From the NCBI GenBank assembly GCA_964545075.1, contig CAZJFS010000060.1, positions 1 to 23,426 of the forward strand: a stretch of DNA of 23,426 nucleotides. Reading direction: 5' to 3'. The position numbers and the translations under genes are program-made. Every line of letters starts with the position of its first letter. Position 1 is the stretch's first letter. Positions 17,049 through 23,426 of this stretch are shown here, in pieces. The notes under the pieces are model-generated. The model had not been told where the DNA came from, searched no databases, and was given only the letters and a program-made list of their open reading frames with translations. Source of the stretch: an uncultured bacterium. GTDB taxonomy: Bacteria; Muiribacteriota; UBA9980.

Positions 17049-18415
17049 CCTACGGGTGTCAGATGAACACGGCCGACAGCGAGATGATATCCGGCGTACT
17101 GAAAAAGATGGGATTCGTAGAGATCGAGGATATGAATTCCGCCGATCTTTTGCTCGTCAACACCTGCGCGGTCAGGACCCGCCCGGAGGAAAAAGTATAC
17201 GGCCGGCTTTCGAATTTTCAGCACCTGAAGGAGAAAAATCCGCTTCTTTTAATAGGCATTTGCGGATGCATGGCCCAAAAAGAAAAGGAAAAAATAATTG
17301 AAAAGGCCCCTTTCGTCGACCTGGTATTCGGGCCGCAATCCATTGGCGAGCTGCCGCTTTTAATAGAACAGGCCTTTAAGGTCGTCGACAGGAAAAAACG
17401 CCAGATGGAAAAGCTCGAAGGCGATAAAAAATTGAAGAGCAGGTTCCGCGGAGCCGGAATATACGGGAATTTTGAAAACACCGGAGACGATCTGCCCGAG
17501 CAGGACGTCTCGAGAGAATCGAATTTCAAGGCTTTCGTGACGATAATGAGAGGCTGCAATAATTTTTGCTCTTACTGCGTCGTTCCTCACACGCGCGGCC
17601 GTGAAAAATCAAGGCCCTTCGAAGTCATACTCGGCGAGGTCGAAGAGCTTATAAAGAGCGGATATAAGGAAATAACGCTTCTGGGGCAGAACGTCAATTC
17701 CTATAATGGCGGAGCGGGAAGAAGCTTTCCGGAGCTTCTCGCGGCGATAGACAAAATGCCGGGAAGGTTTTATTTGCGTTATACGACATCGCATCCGAAG
17801 GACCTGTCCGACGAGCTGATAGATGTCATGGCGAAAGGCGTTCATATCGCTCCCCACATTCATCTACCTTTCCAGTCCGGGTCTTCGAAGATATTAAAGC
17901 TTATGAACCGCAAATACACCCGCGAACATTACCTTTCGCTGATCGAAAAGATCAGGGCTAAAATCCCCGGGGTTTCGCTTACTACCGACGTTATAGCGGG
18001 CTTCGCCCAGGAGACGCGCGAAGATTTCGAGGAAACCGTATCGCTTTTAAAATTGGTGCGTTACGATTCGGCTTATCTTTTTTATTATTCGGAGCGCGAA
18101 GGCACGCACGCCCTTTCGATCGACGGCGCCGTGCCCGTAAAAGAGCGTATAGCCAGGCTCGAGGAACTTATCGAGCTTCAGATGAACATAACTTTCGATA
18201 TCAACAGAAATATGGCCGGAGAACTCCACGAAGGCATAGTCGAAGGGGAAGCTCCGAAAAATCCCGACGAATATTCGGTGAGGACCTTCGATAATCATGT
18301 CGTGATAGTTCCTCGCCCCGAAGGCCTTAAAAAAGATCTTATCGGAGAATTCGTCAACCTTAAGATCACGGAAGGATACAATTTCGTCCTTCGCGGTGAA
18401 ATAACTGGTTCGTGA
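17018..18415 (+). CDS. miaB: tRNA-i6A37 methylthiotransferase (radical SAM MTTase with TRAM domain)
   Basis: 465 aa. The N-terminus KFKILTYGCQMNTADSEMISG matches the MiaB MTTase N-domain (WGCQMNEYDS). Radical-SAM CNNFCSYCVVP. C-terminal TRAM-like region. AAGGAG lies 5 nt upstream of the ATG. Overlaps the waaA end by 31 nt. Confidence 0.85.
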   Translation: MQDKRKFKILTYGCQMNTADSEMISGVLKKMGFVEIEDMNSADLLLVNTCAVRTRPEEKVYGRLSNFQHLKEKNPLLLIGICGCMAQKEKEKIIEKAPFVDLVFGPQSIGELPLLIEQAFKVVDRKKRQMEKLEGDKKLKSRFRGAGIYGNFENTGDDLPEQDVSRESNFKAFVTIMRGCNNFCSYCVVPHTRGREKSRPFEVILGEVEELIKSGYKEITLLGQNVNSYNGGAGRSFPELLAAIDKMPGRFYLRYTTSHPKDLSDELIDVMAKGVHIAPHIHLPFQSGSSKILKLMNRKYTREHYLSLIEKIRAKIPGVSLTTDVIAGFAQETREDFEETVSLLKLVRYDSAYLFYYSEREGTHALSIDGAVPVKERIARLEELIELQMNITFDINRNMAGELHEGIVEGEAPKNPDEYSVRTFDNHVVIVPRPEGLKKDLIGEFVNLKITEGYNFVLRGEITGS

Positions 18416-18419
18416 GGTT

Positions 18420-21400
18420 ATGAATATTTTTTCAATGCTGTCGCTGACGGCATTTTTAATATATTTTCATTTTATCTTACACTCGCTGCCCGGCCGTTTC
18501 CGTTTCCGCGGAGTGTTCACGCTGATGTGTCTGGCGCTGGCCGTAAGAAGCTTCTTCTTTATTTTTTTTTATGGCGCCGAAACGAAGGAACTCTGCTTTC
18601 AATGGTGCAAATACTCGTTCATAGGCTGGGCGTTTTTCCCGCCCGTTATGCTTCATTTTTTCATGAAGATGACCGGAAGGGATAAGGCGATAAGATCGCG
18701 GCTGTTTTTCCCCGCGGTTTATCTTCCGGCTTTTTTTTTCATATTTGATTTTTTTTCAAGGACGCCTGGCGCCGACATCGATTTTTTCAGGACCGGTTAT
18801 GGCGCCTGGACCATGATGAATAACGGAAGTTTCGTGTTGTTCGGCCTTTTCAATATTTATTATCTTGGTTACTCTCTTTTTTCCATCTGGCTGGCATGGC
18901 GGTGGGGTAAAAATTCAAATTTAAACAAGGAAAAAAATCAATCGCGCGTGATAACCACCACGGCGATTATTGTTTTGGCGATCGGTACCGTCACCGACAT
19001 TATAATTCCTTTATTCAAGCCCATTGATCTTCCGCTTGTCTCGCACGTCGTTATTCTTATCTGGATCGCCGGCATCTGGCACGCGCGGAATAAATACCGC
19101 TTTATGGATCTTACCATGCGTTCGGCTTCGGACGCTATTATTTCCAAGGTGAATGACATTCTTTTTCTGACGGATGTTCATGGCAATATCGTTAAGGCTA
19201 ACGCCAGGTTTTTCGAATTGGGATGTTATGAGCAAGCCGAAGTGATCGATCATAGCGCCCGCGGCTTCATGATTTCGAATTCGCTCGATGCGGTTTTTGC
19301 TTCGGCCGGCAAGCCGCTTGAAAAACCGGTTGATTTCAAGGCCGAGTTCAACTCGAAGCTTTACGGCAGGATACCCGTTTCAGCCTCTCTTTCTTCGGTT
19401 TACGATAAGTTCAATGATACGCTCGGACTGGTCGTATGTTTGTGCGATATGAGGCCGGCGAACCAGCTGAAGCTTGAATTCGCCGAAAGAACCAGGGCCG
19501 AATTCGCGTTACGCGAAAGCGAGGAACGCTACCGCGAGCTTTTTGAATTGGCCGGCGACATTATTTATATAGTCGATTTGGATGGCAAATTCCTGTCGAT
19601 AAACAAAAAGTGTGAAACCATACTGGAATATTCCCGCGAAGAAATTCTGAAACTTAGCGTTTTTGATCTGTTGCTGCCGGAATACGCCGATATCTTAAAG
19701 AAAGAGATCGGGCTTCACATAAAAGGCTCGAGTTATAAAGACAGATACGAGGTTAACGTGAAAAGCAAATCCGGGCGTATCATGACCTTTGAAATAAGCG
19801 CCCGGCTCAAATATAAGGATGGCGTTCCGGTCGAATTGCATGGTATTGCGCGTGACGTTACTGAAAGAAATATATCGGCGGAAAAACTTTTGAAAAGCGA
19901 GCAAAAGTACCGTGAATTCGCGGATTCGCTTCCTCAAACCGTTTATGAATGCGATCCGTCCGGCAGGCTCACTTTCGTTAATCGCTGGGCCTATAAAGCG
20001 TTCGGATACACCCGCGAGGAATTCGAAAAAGGGATAAACGTCTTTGACGTTCTGGCTCCGGAATATGTTCCTAAAGCGAGGAAGAGCTTCAGTGAAATTT
20101 TAGGAAATGCCCGCGGAACGAAACCGGCCGGAGATGAGTTCGTCATGCAATGTAAAAATGGCGGCACGTTTCCGGCCATCGTTCATTCGTACGCCGTTTT
20201 TACCGAAGGCGTTCCCGCCGGCTTCCGCGGCATAATACTTGATATAAGCGAAATCAAAAAAGTCGAGGCGGAACTTCGCCTGGCGCACGAAGAGCTGGAG
20301 GCTAAAATCGCCGATCGCACCGCCGAACTGGCTCTCGCCAATGATGAGCTGAAAAAACGGATAGAAGAGCGCAAGCGAATGGAAGCCGAGATCGTGAAGA
20401 TCGGCAAGCTCGATTCGCTCAGCGTTCTCGCCGGCGGGATCGCCCACGACTTCAATAATTTTCTCACCGCGATAATAACCAATCTTTCTCTCGCGCGTAT
20501 GTACGCGAACAAGGAGGATAAGCTCCTTGAGATACTTAAACGCACGGAAGACGTGGCTTTCAGATCGAAGGAACTTACGGCCCAGCTTCTTACTTTCTCC
20601 AGAGGCGGAAAGCCCCTTAGAAGGATAGCGGGCGTTGACGAAATATTGAAAAATTCGCTGGAATTTTCGGCCAGAGGTTCCTGCGTAAAGTGCGATGTTT
20701 CAATAGCGGACGGCCTCTGGATGGCCAATATAGACGAAGGCCAGATGAATCAGGTTTTCATGAATCTGGCGATAAACTCGATACAGGCCATGCCGGGCGG
20801 CGGGACCATCAAAGCTATTGCGTCTAACGTTACGATGGGAGCCGGTCATAAGGCGCTTCAACCCGGAAGATACGTGAAAGTTTCCATATCGGACGCCGGC
20901 ATCGGGATACCTCCGGAAAATATGGACAAGATCTTCGATCCATATTTCACGACTAAAGCTAAAGGCAATGGCCTGGGCCTGGCTTCGGTATATTCCATAA
21001 TCAAGAATCACGAAGGCTCCGTCGATGTCGAATCCAGCCCCGGGGTGGGAACCACGGTCAATATTTGTATTCCGGCCGCGGAAAAATCTTCTTCGGATGA
21101 AAAGCCCAGAAAAGCTGAAATCTTCAAGATGCTTTCGGGCCGCGTGCTTATAATGGACGACGAGATCGATATCAGAGACACGGTGCGCCTGATCCTTATG
21201 AAATGGGGATTGGATGTATCGACGGCCTGCGATGGAAATGAAGCGATTGAAATTTTCAAAAAGGAAAAAGAAGCCGGAAGGCCTTTCGATCTTTTGCTTA
21301 TGGATCTTACCGTTCCGGGCGGTATGGGCGGGATCGACGCGGCCGCTAAAATAATTGAAATAGATCCTGAGGCTTCTATCCTGGTGTTGAGCGGATGTTT

Positions 21401-21521
21401 CGACGGTCCGGTCACGGCCGATTATAAGAAGTACGGATTCAAGAATTTCATATCGAAGCCTTTCCGGCTCGAAGAACTCAACAAAACATTATATGATTTT
21501 TTAAGCGGCGCCGAAAAATAG
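18420..21521 (+). CDS. Hybrid sensor histidine kinase: N-terminal polytopic (about 7 TM) sensor domain, three PAS domains, HisKA, HATPase_c, C-terminal receiver
   Basis: 1033 aa. H-box [18 protein letters not shown] boxes [22 protein letters not shown] and [10 protein letters not shown]. Receiver [12 protein letters not shown]...[14 protein letters not shown]...FISKPF. The ATG lies 4 nt after the miaB stop. Confidence 0.9.
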   Translation: MNIFSMLSLTAFLIYFHFILHSLPGRFRFRGVFTLMCLALAVRSFFFIFFYGAETKELCFQWCKYSFIGWAFFPPVMLHFFMKMTGRDKAIRSRLFFPAVYLPAFFFIFDFFSRTPGADIDFFRTGYGAWTMMNNGSFVLFGLFNIYYLGYSLFSIWLAWRWGKNSNLNKEKNQSRVITTTAIIVLAIGTVTDIIIPLFKPIDLPLVSHVVILIWIAGIWHARNKYRFMDLTMRSASDAIISKVNDILFLTDVHGNIVKANARFFELGCYEQAEVIDHSARGFMISNSLDAVFASAGKPLEKPVDFKAEFNSKLYGRIPVSASLSSVYDKFNDTLGLVVCLCDMRPANQLKLEFAERTRAEFALRESEERYRELFELAGDIIYIVDLDGKFLSINKKCETILEYSREEILKLSVFDLLLPEYADILKKEIGLHIKGSSYKDRYEVNVKSKSGRIMTFEISARLKYKDGVPVELHGIARDVTERNISAEKLLKSEQKYREFADSLPQTVYECDPSGRLTFVNRWAYKAFGYTREEFEKGINVFDVLAPEYVPKARKSFSEILGNARGTKPAGDEFVMQCKNGGTFPAIVHSYAVFTEGVPAGFRGIILDISEIKKVEAELRLAHEELEAKIADRTAELALANDELKKRIEERKRMEAEIVKIGKLDSLSVLAGGIAHDFNNFLTAIITNLSLARMYANKEDKLLEILKRTEDVAFRSKELTAQLLTFSRGGKPLRRIAGVDEILKNSLEFSARGSCVKCDVSIADGLWMANIDEGQMNQVFMNLAINSIQAMPGGGTIKAIASNVTMGAGHKALQPGRYVKVSISDAGIGIPPENMDKIFDPYFTTKAKGNGLGLASVYSIIKNHEGSVDVESSPGVGTTVNICIPAAEKSSSDEKPRKAEIFKMLSGRVLIMDDEIDIRDTVRLILMKWGLDVSTACDGNEAIEIFKKEKEAGRPFDLLLMDLTVPGGMGGIDAAAKIIEIDPEASILVLSGCFDGPVTADYKKYGFKNFISKPFRLEELNKTLYDFLSGAEK

Positions 21522-21529
21522 AAACGTAT

Positions 21530-21550
21530 GCCCCGGCGAAGCGGACCGGG
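21530..21550. terminator. Short GC hairpin between convergent genes; possible weak bidirectional terminator
   Basis: CCCGG-cgaagcgga-CCGGG between the hybrid kinase stop (21521) and the YdjC-family gene stop (21581). Only a weak T tract on the minus side (tatttttc). Confidence 0.25.
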
Positions 21551-21580
21551 TGAAACTTTCGGATTGATCTTAACGTCTTG

Positions 21581-22486
21581 TTAATAGCCGCAAAGCTTTA
21601 TTCCGGCTTCGCTTATCTTTTCCTTCAACGCGGGCGAAAGAAGCATTGAAAATTCATCGGCCCATCTGTATCTCATGAAGTCGGCGTCGCATTCCGGTAT
21701 GTTTTCATATTCCGAGGCTGACGATCCGGGGTGGGTCATTAGTTCCACCAATATTGAGTTTTGCTGATGTTTGCCTTTGGCGTTATATCTTCGTTCCAGA
21801 TAGTCTATGAAAGCGGCGACCTTGTCTTCCGTCATCGCGCCGGAATAAAATTGGCCGAAAAACGAGTCGGGGCATAATATCTTTGACGCGGACATTCTTT
21901 TGCGAAACCAGTTTTTATAAAAAGGGTTCATGAAAAATATCTTTATTGCGTTTCCTTTCGAAACGGCAATTCCCTTATGGAGGGAAATTTTAAAGGGTTC
22001 GACCGGATCTCTCATTTTCCTGATGCCGGTCTCTTTCAGCGCGTCTATGAATATCGGCAGAAGCGACGGGTGCATATGCACGTGCTGATGGGAGTCGGCG
22101 TGCGACGGCGTTATGCCCAGAGCCATTATCTTTTTGATCTGGTTTATAAGCTCGGTCTTTATTTCGGACGCCGATATTTTTCCGAGATGCCAGCTTTTGA
22201 AAAAATCAAGGTATCCGGGATAAAAATTGCCGTTTTTGGTAATGAGCGTGCCGATTTTCGAAAGATCGGCCGTGACCGGTTCGCCCGCTACGAGTTGCAG
22301 ATGAACCCCGACCGAGAGGCCCGGATTTCTTTGGGCGATAGCCGCCGCATAAGACGAGTGGGCGGACGATGCCAGAAGCGTGGTAGAGGTGAGAATGCCT
22401 TTTCTGAAAGCGGTTTCTATGGCGTCGCAAATGCTCTCGGTAAGGCCGAAATCATCGGCGTTGGTTATAAGATTGATTTGCGTCAT
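21581..22486 (-). CDS. YdjC-family carbohydrate deacetylase (ChbG/HpnK-like)
   Basis: MTQINLITNADDFGLTESICDAIETAFRKGILTSTTLLASS...VGVHLQL matches the YdjC/ChbG N-terminus (E. coli [22 protein letters not shown]...VTSTTALVN). I chose the ATG at 22486. The track ORF extends to a TTG at 22504 with no SD. About 50 aa longer than ChbG. Confidence 0.7.
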   Translation of the reverse strand: MTQINLITNADDFGLTESICDAIETAFRKGILTSTTLLASSAHSSYAAAIAQRNPGLSVGVHLQLVAGEPVTADLSKIGTLITKNGNFYPGYLDFFKSWHLGKISASEIKTELINQIKKIMALGITPSHADSHQHVHMHPSLLPIFIDALKETGIRKMRDPVEPFKISLHKGIAVSKGNAIKIFFMNPFYKNWFRKRMSASKILCPDSFFGQFYSGAMTEDKVAAFIDYLERRYNAKGKHQQNSILVELMTHPGSSASEYENIPECDADFMRYRWADEFSMLLSPALKEKISEAGIKLCGY

Positions 22487-22490
22487 GCGC

Positions 22491-22868
22491 TCATATCCCT
22501 TCAATAACGATCGTCGCTATTGCGTAATCGGCGTCGTGTGATATGCTGACGTGGACGGCTGAAAGCTTTTTTTCATCGAATAATTTTTTAGTGGCGCCCG
22601 AAAGATGGATATACGGCATACCTGTCTCGTCATGTAAAAGCTCGAAGTCGTGGAATTTCATGCCATTGGAAAGGCTCATTTTAAAAGCTTTTATGAAAGC
22701 TTCCTTGACCGCGAAGTTAGCGGCGAAATGCTGCGCCGGATAAGCTTTTGAGCTTGAGTAAGCGACCTCGGCCGGAGTGAATACGCGGCCGGCGAAGCCT
22801 TCCGTGCGGTTCAAACTTTCGTTCATTCTGGATATTTTTACAAGATCGATACCCGTTCCGTATATCAT
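22491..22868 (-). CDS. acpS: Holo-[acyl-carrier-protein] synthase (4'-phosphopantetheinyl transferase)
   Basis: 125 aa. MIYGTGIDLVKISRM...FAAKEAFIKA...HVSISHDADYAIATIVIE is the typical AcpS sequence. Confidence 0.85.
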   Translation of the reverse strand: MIYGTGIDLVKISRMNESLNRTEGFAGRVFTPAEVAYSSSKAYPAQHFAANFAVKEAFIKAFKMSLSNGMKFHDFELLHDETGMPYIHLSGATKKLFDEKKLSAVHVSISHDADYAIATIVIEGI

Positions 22869-22909
22869 TATAGCGTCGCCTTTCTTTTAAATATTAAGCA
22901 TGCGCTGAT

Positions 22910-22938
22910 ATTATAATTCAAAGCGCCCTTTATTTCAA
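22910..22938 (-). promoter_or_regulatory. Sigma70-type promoter TTGAAA-N17-TATAAT for acpS and the YdjC-family gene
   Basis: The reverse complement of 22910..22938 reads TTGAAAtaaagggcgctttgaatTATAAT. Predicted TSS is ~35 nt upstream of the acpS ATG at 22868. Confidence 0.5.
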
Positions 22939-23426
22939 TCTTAATTTTTTCCGGGCATTGCATCCGCATCCACTCGCGGGACGATTGAAGTTGACTATAG
23001 CGCGGTTGCCGTATCAGTTTTTTTGAACCGTGTTTCAGGCCGGGCGTAAAAATTCCGCTTATGCGTTATGATCAGCCGCCGGGAAGAACCCTCGCGCCGT
23101 CAATGGAATTGGAAATGATATACCTATTGCGTATAACGTTATGGCTTCGGTCCAGGTCACCGTTAGCAGCTTTCGTTCGGATGCCGCTTTCCAAATTTTT
23201 CGGTGCTTTTGACCGATTCCTGGCTTTGTCGCGGCCGGTCCGGAGCCGGCATGGTTGAGAGGCGCGTGATGATGTGATGGCGATTTCAGGCGGAACCGGC
23301 TTCGTTATGGCTGAACTTATCGGAACGCGGTTTAAAGTGTTTGAGTATCTGGTCAGGCTTTTTTGAAACTCGCGGCTTTTCTGATATTTCTTTTTAAATA
23401 TGTCATTGCAGCGGTCGGCTTTTTAA

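Noticed and set aside
23061-23258. 65-aa plus-strand ORF in the terminal ORF-free region
   Set aside because: No RBS, no recognisable fold. Likely spurious. Region reported as unassigned instead.

Overview
This window reads as a core cell-envelope region of a Gram-negative (LPS-producing) bacterium, not a mobile or defence island. Two divergent co-directional gene arrays meet at a 183-bp promoter region (13490..13672).

The minus-strand array (13489 down to 1) is: intramembrane sensor histidine kinase, mntP, a 715-aa polytopic membrane protein, a DUF3084-like coiled-coil membrane protein, a WecA/TagO-family GT4 transferase, holB, a PSP1/RicT-like protein with a long R/D/N-repeat tail, lpxI, lpxB, an msbA-like ABC exporter, and a partial DUF374 gene.

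The plus-strand array (13673..21521) is: SPFH/band-7 protein, lpxL-family acyltransferase, waaA (Kdo transferase), miaB, and a 1033-aa hybrid PAS sensor kinase. It is followed by a convergent pair, a YdjC/ChbG-family deacetylase and acpS, and then about 490 bp with no ORF.

The ORF track uses TTG/GTG as well as ATG starts. Several genes here begin with TTG or GTG behind strong Shine-Dalgarno sequences.

I see no CRISPR array, tRNA, rRNA, IS element or recognisable defence system. The most interesting features are:
- three near-consensus sigma70 promoters, one apparently giving a leaderless kinase mRNA;
- a terminator-like hairpin in the SPFH leader;
- DUF374 embedded in the lipid A/Kdo gene set;
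- LpxI used instead of LpxH;
- the repeat-tailed RicT homologue;
- an uncharacterised kinase-mntP and large-membrane-protein/DUF3084 module;
- homopolymer T9 tracts at the 5' end of the wecA-like gene and in the hybrid kinase.
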